45,266 nucleotides of DNA from Octopus bimaculoides (taxonomy: Eukaryota), in NCBI RefSeq assembly GCF_001194135.2, contig NC_068996.1, forward strand, positions 4,590,879 to 4,636,144, read 5' to 3'. The notes under the pieces were generated by a model, which searched no databases, had not been told where the DNA came from, and worked only from the letters and a program-made list of their open reading frames with translations. Of this stretch, positions 25,831 through 38,293 are shown piece after piece; positions within the stretch are counted from its first letter, which is position 1, and every line of letters begins with the position of its first letter. Both the position numbers and the translations under genes were made by a program.

Positions 25831-26094
25831 NNNNNNNNNNNNNNNNNNNNNNNNNNNNNNNNNNNNNNTCCCTCACGCTCCCTCTCCTATTTTTTTAATT
25901 TTTTTTTATAATAATGCCTTCTTTCTTTCTGGCAGCCGGCTCTCATCCAAACATTCTCTTCATTATCTACCTGCTTTTATTCTTACACAAATGGAAAACT
26001 TATGCGTACAACACACTTTGTGGCACATGCCTTCTACTGCTCGCGCACAAATACACAAATACACACGTATATGTGCATGCATGTAAATATGTAT

Positions 26095-26230
26095 GTACGA
26101 AGGGTTCGCAATCGTGAAGTCCCGTGTTCGATACCAGTACGAGGCACCATGAGCAAGTATCTTTTACCATAGCCTTAGGTGATCCGTAACTTGTGTGACA
26201 TTGAGTAGAGACAAATTGTGTAGACCCCCG
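26095..26230 (+). mobile_element. Degenerate tRNA-derived SINE head
   Basis: B-box-like gtgttcgatacc followed by ggcaccatgagcaagtatctttt, paralleling the heads of families A and C. Confidence 0.5.
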
Positions 26231-26849
26231 TTGGGTAAAATGTATCTGTAATTTAAAAGTGATTGTCACAGTGGTTATCTGCCAGAAGATTACACTAAGG
26301 TTACACGTGTCTAAGGATAACCAGCTGTTGGTATTGTAATGCAGCATGGCGGTAAATCAGTTGATCGAACAACTGGATTACTCCTCATCGAAAACGACGG
26401 AATTCCATTTTCTCTTTTCTTTGACCTTCATGCGTATATATGTATATATGCACATCTGCTTATATTCATATAAACATATGAATAAGTGTCTACATATGTA
26501 TCTGTATATGTATGCGCCAATGGGTTTATCACAACATAATCACGTTTAATATCATTAAAAGACATTGTGCATTCATTAAACTATATCCAGTTTACTGGAA
26601 TTTACACCCAGTAAACCACATCCTTGCCACTTAGTAATAACAACTACCAAGTTCAAGTCATCAGATATTGTTTAGAGGTGGACCTATTTACAACCGAGTG
26701 AACTGAGACATTTGAAAGTTAAATGTTTTAATCATAAAGAAAATACAATAATGATAACAGAATAACAGAGAACGAACAACTGATCCCTTTATAAGGCACA
26801 ATGTAGCACTCAGCGCACGGATATCTAAAAATTAATCCCAGCTAAAGGA

Positions 26850-27370
26850 TTCCTTATCAGTTTCTCAGTAACTTACCCACCGTTATTAGATATAAAGTAT
26901 CTCACGAACCAGTTCTCTTGTTACCCCATAATTAGCCAACTAGTTATCTGGAATATAAAATCTCGCCAATTTCTTATCAGTTATACAATAATCTCTCCGT
27001 CTGCCGTTAGTCGCATAATAGAGGACATATTTGTTATAAGTTTCATAAGAACTCGCCATCAGATGTAAAAGCTAACTCATTGTTATCAGATATACAGTAT
27101 ATAGGTATCATTTTTTAAATTCATACAATAACTCAGGCTGTTATCAATCAATGTCTCACAATTATCAGCTGCGAAATAACTCACTGACTAATCATGACTA
27201 TATTCAATAGTTCGATCATCTGTTATTTACACAATACCTATCCAATAATATTATGTGGATTGTACAACAGCTTACTAATAATTATAATGTTTTACCGCGG
27301 CTCATTTGTAGTTATACAACAAATTATCTGCCAGTTATCAATTACGAAATAAATTATGACTATCAAATTC
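26850..27370 (+). repeat. Decayed minisatellite-like region with recurring TTATCAG/TTATACAATAAC words
   Basis: Eight TTATC(A/T) words on one strand at 26854, 26944, 26974, 27083, 27141, 27162, 27324 and 27335, plus recurring tacaataa.tc words. Confidence 0.55.
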
Positions 27371-28039
27371 TCTTGTAATACGCGATAGTTCATACACCAG
27401 GAGCTTGGAGGTAACAACGGACACTTTATATTTGTCCAGTAACAACAGGATACCTGGATTACGACACACTGTTCAGAGATCACTGAGTACATTAACTATT
27501 GAGAAGACTAATGATTGAGTACTTTTTGATTTGGTTCACTGAGCATATGCTACCTTGATAACTGAAGCAGGAGTGAATTATATGACGATTCATTTAGTAT
27601 GGCTAAATTTCAAGTAAACAACGTAATTTCTTTGATCACAGTTCGATACTTTTCTTTTATGCCCCTCTAAGTTCAGCAAATAAAAGGTGGTGCGGTATAT
27701 TTAGAGGTGTGGATTGAATTTCGGTTTTGTTTAAACTGTTACAGCTCAGTAGGTGGAAAAATTTACATAAAAATGCAATTCTGAAGAGAAATGATTGAAT
27801 TGGATCAAAGAGTGAGAGAATCAGTTGACTAAACGGGAAAAGAAATACATTCTATTCTTAAAAAGGAACAAGAAATAGCAAATAGGAATCCAAAACACAA
27901 AATGCTTCGCCAAAAATATGACATGGACTTATACCATCTTCAGAACACTGCCAATTCTCAATATGAAATTAAGTAGCCATAGGAAAGTGATGACTTTTGG
28001 TCTAGATTTAAAAGTCTATAAAACGTCATGTTTTTTATT

Positions 28040-28930
28040 ACTAAGAATCCGTTCTACAAATCATCGATATAGACTGAGGCCCGTTCGCCACTCAAATATG
28101 ACATTAACTACAATCATTGAATAAACGAGGCAAAATGACTTCAACAACATCAAATATCAACGTGCACCATATTAATTGTTATCGACGCCAACAAAGATTT
28201 CGACTCCATTTTCTGACACCTACTAATAGACAACATACCAAACACTTCCTTGAGAAATAGCACAACAAGACTGACTTACAAGTCAAGGTCAGAAAGTCTA
28301 TGTAGAACAGAACAACGCGTCTAGAATCTGCAATTTCTAGACTGATATACCACGGCGAACCATGCATGCTGTGACCTACATTTTGCCTGCACTTATTCAT
28401 TCTAATCTTTCAACGCTGACTCATATTCAAATGTTATCATTATCCCATCCACCTACAGACACCCTACTTTGGGACATAGCTGGTCAATTATTCCGACCAA
28501 ACCTAAATCACCAAGAAACCTGGCACCAGAACATTACTAAATCTATTGTCTCTATAGGATGTGTGCAAAAGTAGGAATAGGAAAAGTTGATGAATATGAT
28601 TAGAATATTCTTTTCATTCCACAAATTCTTTTTTTAGAATAATACTTGTATGATTCTGTTTTATTTAACTATCTCTTAAAGGACATAGAATCATAGAATT
28701 TTTATCCTAAAAATGAAGTAGGGAAGTGAAAAAAACATTCCTGTCATATTAAGAAATTGTATACCCACTTTTACCCACCCCTATATCCTTACCAGTAACA
28801 CCAATGAACATCGTTTACAACCAACCAAACTCAAACGGCATAAACATACCACACAGGTATAAAGTATACGGTGTTAAAATATACAACGTGTTCACAATAT
28901 TAACACCCGAGATGATATAATAAAGAAAGC
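28040..28930 (+). mobile_element. Old LINE reverse-transcriptase relic (I/LOA/Jockey-like group)
   Basis: Frameshifted fragments HRYRLRPVRHS..LTTII, TILIVIDANKDFDSI.*HLLI (D.SKAFD-like), VYVEQNNAS, SYSNVIII (decayed YADD-like) and NGINIPH...YGVKIY. Confidence 0.6.
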
Positions 28931-29481
28931 AAAATATCCTACAAACATGCTTGAAAATGCAAAGTAACTATATTTTGCCCATAAAACAAATAATGTTAGT
29001 ACATCATTTGCATATCATGTGTGTGCTTGTGTGTGTGTGTTGGGGGGGGGGGCGTGTGTATCGTTGGCGATTTTATTTCTCCGTCTTCCCTTCTTTGGAC
29101 TTTTTCTGTATTTCTGAGGAAGAGCTCCGCTTGAAACGTGAAATCCTCGTTTTTTCTTTCCTTCCCCGAGCGTCCAATAACACTATTTATTCCACGTCAT
29201 CACGTTGCTGATTTTTCTTGCTTGTTCATGGTTGGATTGACTATATATACATNNNNNNNNNNNNNNNNNNNNNNNNNNNNNNNNNNNNNNNNNNNNNNNN
29301 NNNNNNNNNNNNNNNNNNNNNNNNNNNNNNNNNNNNNNNNNNNNNNNNNNNNNNNNNNNNNNNNNNNNNNNNNNNNNNNNNNNNNNNNNNNNNNNNNNNN
29401 NNNNNNNNNNNNNNNNNNNNNNNNNNNNNNNNNNNNNNNNNNNNNNNNNNNNNNNNNTATATATATATATATATATATATC

Positions 29482-30865
29482 ATAGACTTTGCTAGTTCCT
29501 TAACTTGGGTCTTCATTGTTGATTGTGCCTTCCTTCAGCTCACCGTACATCATCTGTCTGGGGATGTGGCGGGGGTTCATTCTGATGACGTGGCCGGTCC
29601 AACATAACTGAGCTTTGAGCAGAAGTGCCTCGATGCTCGTGGACTCTGCTCTGTCTAGGACAACTTGATTGGAGACTAAGTCCTGCTAGCGGATGCCCAT
29701 GATTGTGCGCAGTGACCTTGTATGGAACAGTTCCAACTGCTTGATGTGCCAGTGGTATAGAGTCCACGTTTCACAACCACACAGCAGCATAGAGAGAATG
29801 GCAGCTTTGTATATCTTGAGCTTCGTGGACAGCCATACGCCGTTCTGTTGTAGTATTTTAACTCCGAGTCTACCGAGTGCTCGGCTGGCTTTATCTCTTT
29901 AACCAGTGAACCATCTGCAGAGTTAGTGCTGCCTAGGTACCTCAAGGTTTTGACACAGTTCAGCTCAACCCCATCAATGGGGCTGAACTTAGGTTTTGTA
30001 GTATTCGGGGCTACCTGGAGCAGAACCTCCGCCTTCTGAAGGCTGATTGATAGTCAGGCCGAAGAGTCTGGATGTCCCCGATTAACGATGATCTGGAGGT
30101 GGTTTTCCTTGTGGGCCATGAGGGCACAGTCGTCAGTGAAGAAGGCTTCGAGGATGAGATTTTCTCTGGTTTTCTTTTTGGCAGACAGGCGATGGAGGTC
30201 GAATACGGAGCCATTGTTTCAGTACTTGATGTACACGCCCGGGTCAAGGTTCTTCACAGCGTGCAGGAGGACCTGCGTAAAGAACAAGTGAAAGAGCACT
30301 AGCGAGGACACAGCTCTGTTTGACTCTATTAGAGATGTTGAAGGAGGTCGTGTGGTTCTTATTAGAAAGGATCTGTCCCTTCATGTTGTTGTGGAAGAAC
30401 CTGACCAGGGTTGTGAATTTTTGTGGGCAACCCAGCTTTCTGAGGATGATCCATAAGGATTCCCGGTTGAGTGTGTCAAACACCGTGCTCAGTTCAACGA
30501 AAACGGCGTACCGATCCATCTGCTGCTCAATACACTTCTCCTGCACTTGTCGCAAGGCAAACACCATGTCTATGGTGCTGCGGCCAGAGCGGAAACCACA
30601 CTGGACTTCCTGCAGGTTGCTCTCGAAGATGTTGGCAGTAAGTCTGTTGAGGAGGACGCGGGTGGGGATCTTGCCTGCTAATGGAGAGTAGGGAGATCCC
30701 TCAGTAGTTGGCGCAGTCTGTCCTAGGTCCTTTGTTCTTGTATAGAGCGATTATAGTGGCGTCTCGCAGATTTGTTGGAATGTATTTCTGGTCCCAGATG
30801 GTCAAGAAGATGTCATGGAAGGTGTTGAAGGCTATGGGTTCGTGCGACTTGAACACTTCAACAGG
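29482..30865 (-). mobile_element. RTE-clade (BovB-like) LINE, 5'-truncated, RT domain pseudogene
   Basis: Minus-strand fragments IPTNLRDATIIALYKNKG..DCANY*GISLLS, QCGFRSGRSTIDMVFALRQVQEKC.EQ, FDTLNRESLW.IL.KLGCP.KF, FTDD, YLGST and WTGHVIRM; several stops and frameshifts. Confidence 0.92.
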
Positions 30866-30882
30866 TAATAATAATAATAATA

Positions 30883-31561
30883 AAAACATCTATAAAACTT
30901 CTGACACCTAGAAATGCAGACTCTGTGGAAAGAGTGTGGAAAATGTGACCCACTTGGTAAGTGGATGTGAGAGCCTTGCACTAAAAGAATACAAACGCCG
31001 TCACGATAAAGTATGTGTGTGCATCTCCATTGGCTTTTATGCCGTAAATACCAATGTGAAGTAACAGAGAACTGGTATGAGCATGTACCAAGTAAAGTTA
31101 TGCAGGAAGATGGAAAAGTAACGATACTCTGGGACTATGATGTTCAGACGGATCGTGTAATCGAACACCGTCGGCCGGATATTGGCATATTGAATGAGAG
31201 AGACAAATCCTGTCAGATCATTGATGTAGCCATACCAAATGACAAGAATGTTGTGAGTAAAGAGGTTGAAACAATCATCAAGTTCTCTGAATTGAAAGTG
31301 GAAATGGCAAGACTATGGAATGCAAAAGGATAATGTAAAAGTGATACCAGTGGTGATCGGAGCGCTGGGCTCAATCCCATTCAAATCTCAAGACTTCTTA
31401 AGGCAACTGGAAATGCCATGCAAGATTGATGTCTTGCAAAAAGCAACCTTATTGGGCACAGCGCACATCTTAAGGAAAGTATTATCTCTCTGAGGTCTTT
31501 GTTGTGGCTTGATAGATGACTGAAGACTCCGGTGCATTTTTACCTACACTGTGTTACGAAG

Positions 31562-31637
<76 letters not shown>
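30883..31637 (+). mobile_element. R4/Dong-like LINE 3' fragment, lineage X, between (TAA)n tracts
   Basis: KCRLCGKSVENVTHLVSGCESLA..Y..RHDKV...LWDYDVQTDRVIEHRRPDI...IIDVAIP...K...IPVVIGALG...LQKATLLGTAHILRKVL*. Stop at 31491-93; (AAT)n at 30867-82 and 31563-637. Confidence 0.92.
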
Positions 31638-32020
31638 TTCTAATCGATGTTTCAATACCAGCAGATGACAACGTTTCTCTAAAAGAAATGGAAAAACTTT
31701 CAAAATACAAAGACCTGGAAATAGAGGTAACTCGAATGTGGAATCTCAAAACAGAAACAATTCCTATCATAGTAGGTGCCTTAGGTATAATAAAAAAATA
31801 TTCAGACAAATACATAACAAAAACACCAGGACTTACAAATATATATAACATACAGAAAATTGCACTACTGGGTACTGCACACATTCTACGCAAAACACTT
31901 TCAATACAGTAAACATAAGAGCAGCACATACCCAAGGCGCACAGAGCTGCGCTCGGTAGTGAAGTGAAAGCACGTTATAAAAATAAAACTACTGAATAAT
32001 AATAATAATAATAATAATAA
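31637..32020 (+). mobile_element. R4/Dong-like LINE 3' fragment, lineage Y, between (TAA)n tracts
   Basis: Uninterrupted frame FLIDVSIPADDNVSLKEMEKLSKYKDL...IPIIVGALG...QKIALLGTAHILRKTLSIQ* (stop ends at 31912), a short 3' UTR, then (AAT)n at 31995-32020. Confidence 0.92.
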
Positions 32021-32039
32021 CAACAATATCAATATAAAA

Positions 32040-32232
32040 TGATTTCAATTTGTAGCACATGGTCAGAAATATCGGGGGTGGGAGTGTGTTGATTACATTG
32101 ACCCTAGTGATTAACTGGTACTTTATTTATCGACCCCGAAAGGATGAAAGGCAAAGTCAACATCGGTGGAATTTGAACTCAGAAGGTAAGGACGGGCGAA
32201 ATAGCAGTATTTCGCCCGGTGTGCTAACGATA
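32040..32232 (-). mobile_element. SINE family B (variant tail)
   Basis: actggtactttatttatcgaccccgaaaggatgaaaggcaaagtc...atttgaactcagaa...gtgctaacga. Confidence 0.85.
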
Positions 32233-32956
32233 CTGGCAGCGCGCCGCTTTAATGATGACAAGAGCACTCAGAGAGCGCAAACCTCCGCGAAGATAACATC
32301 AACGTCCTCTCAACGATTAGCCAGAGATGATTTTTAAAATGAGAATATTTAAAATAAACTCGACTGCACTCACAAACGAGAATATTAAAAATGAACCCGA
32401 CCGTTCTCAAAAATTAAGTAAAGAAAAAAAAAAGACAGGAAAATTAATCCAGAATCCTTGTCCTGTACCGGATCGAACCCAAAATCTAATCGGTGCGCGC
32501 TATTGGTGATTTGTTGTTTCTTTGAAATTTTTATGCTGCTTTGCAGCGGTTTTTGACGGTGGTGTTTTTTCTCTGCGTTAAGGAGAATTAGCTAGGCCAA
32601 ATGGCTAAAAATATGTTTTATTCTGACCTGAGTGGGTCAGACTCGTCAACCTCGGAATATGAGCTGGCAAGGAGGAGAAAAAGAGCTTTGCGAAAATAAC
32701 AGAAGTTAAAACTTGTGAAGTAGACCTAACGAAAATGATAGATTATCAGAAAATGGCAACGAAAGTGGATAGAGAAGTAAAACTGTCGCCTCCACGGAAA
32801 ATAAAGGATAAAATGGTAAGGAAAACGATAAAGTAACTGCGGCAGAAAAAAATAAAATAGAACTGGAGGAAATTGAAACGATAGAAAAGGCGTGGAGAAC
32901 AGTAACGAAAGATGTAACATAGATGTAATATATACAAGGCTCCATCTTTGGAACGT

Positions 32957-33195
32957 AGTTAACAAAGAACAAATTCACATTTGGAACTTGGGAAAAGTCT
33001 TGCCTATTTTTAGTGTTCCACTTGTAATGTACGAATTAACCGGTCAGTTTCTCTTTTTTAATATCCCTGTTTATCCAGATTCTCCTTTAAGCATTTACTA
33101 ACAAAACCTAAGTTTCGAAGCAGTTGTCCATAGATATCTTCTTTTTCTTTCAAAGAGATATTTATATTTGCAGGGCAGCTGACCTGTGTGAGGGT
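32957..33195 (-). mobile_element. Second copy of R4-like lineage Z, internally deleted
   Basis: Nucleotide match to about 18165-18470 (SCPA...KEKEDIYGQLL, then a ~70-bp deletion, then LGFVSKCLKENLDK and the 3' UTR aaatgtgaatttgttctttgttaacta). On its own strand it is preceded by (TACA)n at about 33200-33245. Confidence 0.85.
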
Positions 33196-33430
33196 ATGTG
33201 TGTATGTATGTATGTATGCATGTATGTATGTATGTATGTATGTATGTGTGTAGGAGAAGGTTCCTCTGATATGAAACCGGATATGCTGGAAATGAACGGC
33301 ATAGGCACTACGCAATTTTGGGATCATTTGATTCGTTTGAGATCATGGCATCCCCTCACTCCAAAGGCTGTGACCAATACTAGCATAAAATATCTTGTCT
33401 CAGTTTGTCTCTGGATCATGTGAATAGTGT

Positions 33431-33900
33431 GGAGCAGGCGTTGCCTATGACAAGAAGTTTGCTTTCCAACTACATCATTCCCACAGGGTGATACTTTGGA
33501 CCAAAACCCTGTGAATGGATTTGGTAGAAGGAAACTGATAGAATCCCCTCGTATATATTTATAAGACTTGTGTGTCTGTCTGTATGTGTGTGAGTGCGTA
33601 TCTCTGTGTGTGTGCGTGTGTGTGTGTGTCTGTATGTCTGTGTGTGTGTGTGTGTGTATGTGTGTGTGTGTGTGTGTGTGTGTAGACCGTTGTCATTGTG
33701 TCCCCCCCCCCCATATGACCAACTTGACAACTGGTGTTCGATTCTTCACAACACCGTTACTTAGCGCTTCGGCAAAAATACAACGATAAGGTAAGTATCA
33801 GGCTTGAAATTTTGTTTTAGGATCGACCTTATCAAGAAAAACATTCAAGGTGATACCCCAACATCTCCGAAGTCCATTGACTGAAACAACTAAAAGACAA
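33431..33900 (+). mobile_element. SINE family A, old copy with expanded internal (TG)n
   Basis: gtgaatggatttggtagaaggaaactga...cttgacaactggtgtt...ttacttagcgcttcggcaaaa...tgactgaaacaactaaaaga. Confidence 0.7.
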
Positions 33901-35020
33901 AACATACACACACACANNNNNNNNNNNNNNNNNNNNNNNNNNNNNNNNNNNNNNNNNNNNNNNNNNNNNNNNNNNNNNNNNNNNNNNNNNNNNNNNNNNN
34001 NNNNNNNNNNNNNNNNNNNNNNNNNNNNNNNNNNNNNNNNNNNNNNNNNNNNNNNNNNNNNNNNNNNNNNNNNNNNNNNNNNNNNNNNNNNNNNNNNNNN
34101 NNNNNNNNNNNNNNNNNNNNNNNNNNNNNNNNNNNNNNNNNNNNNNNNNNNNNNNNNNNNNNNNNNNNNNNNNNNNNNNNNNNNNNNNNNNNNNNNNNNN
34201 NNNNNNNNNNNNNNNNNNNNNNNNNNNNNNNNNNNNNNNNNNNNNNNNNNNNNNNNNNNNNNNNNNNNNNNNNNNNNNNNNNNNNNNNNNNNNNNNNNNN
34301 NNNNNNNNNNNNNNNNNNNNNNNNNNNNNNNNNNNNNNNNNNNNNNNNNNNNNNNNNNNNNNNNNNNNNNNNNNNNNNNNNNNNNNNNNNNNNNNNNNNN
34401 NNNNNNNNNNNNNNNNNNNNNNNNNNNNNNNNNNNNNNNNNNNNNNNNNNNNNNNNNNNNNNNNNNNNNNNNNNNNNTATATATATATAAATATATATGT
34501 ACATATATTTTTTCTCGCCCCTCCTTAAATTCTTCTATCCCTCTGCCTCTACCTCTCTTTCTTCTCTTCCCACGTGACTGTGTTCGGCCAAGCCTGACCT
34601 TTCTTTCTTGGTTCGACTACCATCCGTGCAACATCTATATTCCTCCCTGTTCCTGTCAAATCATGTACCTGCCGTAATTCTTTACTTCTACACGCGTCAG
34701 CTTAATTTAATTCGTCCTTAGTCGAAAGACACCTGTTGTTATGTCCTGTTATTTGCATTTGTATTTGTGTAACATTTCTCCGTTTTTCCCGCCTTGTTTT
34801 TGTATACATTCGCTGCTTTCTTCCAAGGAATTAAATGCTCTTAGCTTAGTTTTTCGTTGGGGCTGGCCAGATTAGAACAATCTCAAGTATAACCAACCGA
34901 AATCTGGATCTCGACTGATGAAAGAAAACTCCGAATGACCCGCCCTTGTTCTCTTTGTTTTGTCTGTCTGGATGTTTTGCATTCTTGTCCCATTTCTGTA
35001 TTATATATATATATATATAT

Positions 35021-36042
35021 AAAACAAATAATAAATGAGTATATGCATATATACGTACAGGTATGTGCATACCTACGTCTGTCTGTATATATAGGTGCAT
35101 ATCTGGATACAGGACATTGCAAACAAAACGTAGACAAAAAAAATAATAACCAGAGTACAGAACACACACAGGCCACATAGAGAACATTTTCTTTCATCAG
35201 CTACCCCCATTCTAACACAGGCGTTTCGAAGAGTAGGGCAGGACGCATCGTTAAAATGGCTCTTCCCATGGATCACAAATCAAATTTGTATACATAAATT
35301 AAAGTTATACCATGGAGGAATGTAGTGCCGGACAGAAAACAAGACAGGAAAACAAACGGAAAAGAAAACAAGACAGGAAAACAAACGGAAAAGGCTATAC
35401 GGCCAGACGTGAAAAATTATGTGTATGTGGAACGCTGTGAAGCAACGAACTGGAAGCGGGACGAAGTAAGTTCGTATGTTTGCTTAGCGAAAGCCAAGGA
35501 AGAAAAGAATTAGTACGTGGACACATGTAACCACGAGGGGTAAGGAAGAGAGAGTGGTAGAGGGAGAAACAAGGGGAGGAAGTAGAAATAGGTAAGCAAC
35601 GAGAGAGAGAGAGAGGAAGAGAGAAATATAGTAGTAACAGAAGGAAGAGCGAGAGGGGGAAAAAGTTATAGAGATAGAGATAGATAGAGTCGCGTCAGAA
35701 AATATAAAGTTCAAAGCTACTTACATGGAATGATGCAGGCGTTCGATCATGTAAAACAAATAATAAATGAGTATATGCATATATACGTACAAGTATGTGC
35801 ATACCTACGTCTACCTGTATATATAGGTGCATATCTGGGTACAGGACATTGCAAACAATACGTAGACAAAAAAATAATAACCAGAGTACAGAACACACAC
35901 AGGCCACATAGAGAACATTTTCCTTCATCAGCTACCCCCATTCTAACACAGGCGTTTCGAAGAGTAGGGCAGGACGCATCGTTAAAAGGGCTCTTCCCAT
36001 GGATCACAAATTAAATTTGTATACATAAATTAAACTTGTACC
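35021..36042. repeat. Tandem copies (period ~732 bp) of an unclassified interspersed repeat; second copy runs into a gap
   Basis: 35021-35310 closely matches 35753-36042; a more diverged third copy lies at about 41770-42400. Confidence 0.85.
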
Positions 36043-36920
36043 NNNNNNNNNNNNNNNNNNNNNNNNNNNNNNNNNNNNNNNNNNNNNNNNNNNNNNNNNN
36101 NNNNNNNNNNNNNNNNNNNNNNNNNNNNNNNNNNNNNNNNNNNNNNNNNNNNNNNNNNNNNNNNNNNNNNNNNNNNNNNNNNNNNNNNNNNNNNNNNNNN
36201 NNNNNNNNNNNNNNNNNNNNNNNNNNNNNNNNNNNNNNNNNNNNNNNNNNNNNNNNNNNNNNNNNNNNNNNNNNNNNNNNNNNNNNNNNNNNNNNNNNNN
36301 NNNNNNNNNNNNNNNNNNNNNNNNNNNNNNNNNNNNNNNNNNNNNNNNNNNNNNNNNNNNNNNNNNNNNNNNNNNNNNNNNNNNNNNNNNNNNNNNNNNN
36401 NNNNNNNNNNNNNNNNNNNNNNNNNNNNNNNNNNNNNNNNNNNNNNNNNNNNNNNNNNNNNNNNNNNNNNNNNNNNNNNNNNNNNNNNNNNNNNNNNNNN
36501 NNNNNNNNNNNNNNNNNNNNNNNNNNNNNNNNNNNNNNNNNNNNNNNNNNNNNNNNNNNNNNNNNNNNNNNNNNNNNNNNNNNNNNNNNNNNNNNNNNNN
36601 NNNNNNNNNNNNNNNNNNNNNNNNNNNNNNNNNNNNNNNNNNNNNNNNNNNNNNNNNNNNNNNNNNNNNNNNNNNNNNNNNNNNNNNNNNNNNNNNNNNN
36701 NNNNNNNNNNNNNNNNNNNNNNNNNNNNNNNNNNNNNNNNNNNNNNNNNNNNNNNNNNNNNNNNNNNNNNNNNNNNNNNNNNNNNNNNNNNNNNNNNNNN
36801 NNNNNNNNNNNNNNNNNNNNNNNNNNNNNNNNNNNNNNNNNNNNNNNNNNNNNNNNNNNNNNNNNNNNNNNNNNNNNNNNNNNNNNNNNNNNNNNNNNNN
36901 NNNNNNNNNNNNNNNNNNNN

Positions 36921-36957
<37 letters not shown>

Positions 36958-37284
36958 CACGCACGTTATGTACATATGCCGAAGCAGTAAAATATTCTCT
37001 ACATGTTCGGCATTCGTTATTTGTATTTTGTCTCCGCTTTTGTTTTATTTCCTTTTTTTATATATATATTGTCTCGTTGCTCTTTTATTTATATATCTTT
37101 TAAAGTATTGTTGCTCATGTGCTTTATTTATTTAGCGTGACAGTCAAAATAAGTATACATTTAACGTTCAGTGAAAGTGCACATGTGTGTATATTTATTT
37201 ATGCGGATATGTATATCTATGTGTGTGAGTTTTAAACTGTGATGCGTGTATATTCAATGAATTTCGCTTATTCTTTTCTTTTCT

Positions 37285-37425
37285 ACTTTTCAAGGCCCGA
37301 AATTTTGGGGGAGGGGGACCAGTCGATTAAATCGACCTCGGTGGAATTTGAACTCAGAGCATAGAGACAGACGAAATACCGCTAAGTATTTCGCCTGGCG
37401 TGCTAACGTTTCTGCCAGCTCGCCG
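37285..37425 (-). mobile_element. SINE family B with internal deletion
   Basis: ggcccgaaattttggggg...agtcgattaaatcgac|ctcggtggaatttgaactcag...ctgccagctcgcc. Confidence 0.85.
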
Positions 37426-37877
37426 GCAATTGAGTGTCGCTTGTTGCGATCATTTTGGCAGGAGCTCTTTCGATTGCTATAACCTGATGATAAACATTTT
37501 AGTAAAGATGGAATTTCAGAATCTTCTATAACATTAAGCCATTGATGATATTATGCGCAGTGATATTAACCTATAACTACCAGTGATCTCATATGAGATC
37601 ACTTAAAAATTACAAATTTCGTAATATTATCCGTCAATATTTACACATATCTAACGTTTTTGCTATATCTACTAGGTATATTTCTCTGATATTCAAATGA
37701 GGTTTGCTAATTTTTCACCCAATATCTCGCTTATTTCTATTTAAAATGTTATTTTGAAATGTTATTTTGATCATTCCAGCGTGTTTCTAAGGCTGTTTTA
37801 TGCTAGAAATCAAAGTTTCATTAAAAAATTCCAGTTAATAGAATTATGGGAGGTAATGGGTTAAGAGGCTTCGAAAA

Positions 37878-37914
<37 letters not shown>

Positions 37915-38243
37915 TGGCGCGGGCGTATTTGTATCTGTGTATATGTGTTTACTATGCCCGTGTGCTTATGTTTATACCGATTATGTGGATATGTATATGT
38001 ATGTGTGTGAGTTATAAAATGCGATGCATGTATATTCAATGAATTTCGCATATTCTTTTCTTTTCTATTTTTAAGGCCAGAAATTTTGGGGGAAGGGGCC
38101 AGTCGATTAAATCGACCTCGGTGGGATTTGATCTCAGAACGTAACGACAAACGAAATACCGTTAATACATATCCACATAATCGGTATAAGCATAAGAACA
38201 CACGGGCATAGTAAACACATATACACAGATACAAATATGTCAC

Positions 38244-38293
<50 letters not shown>
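37878..38293. repeat. Inverted repeat (~120-bp arms, 168-bp spacer) enclosing a duplicated SINE B fragment
   Basis: 37878-37996 is the reverse complement of 38165-38293; the spacer and part of the left arm duplicate about 37180-37382. Confidence 0.85.

Noticed and set aside
32258-32510. Possible non-autonomous Helentron or MITE starting acaagagcactcagagagcgc
   Set aside because: Single copy in the window and no second terminus found; the assignment rests only on vague recall.
35185-35235. Minus-strand GAAAC...CUGAUGA in type II hammerhead order (also near 35920-35965 and 41895-41940)
   Set aside because: Stems I and III and a cleavable NUH triplet could not be formed consistently in any copy.
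14196-37530. Further CUGAUGA words at about 14196 (+), 20211 (-), 34915 (+) and 37484 (+)
   Set aside because: GAAA or stem I is missing or mutated; they may be older relics but cannot be supported individually.
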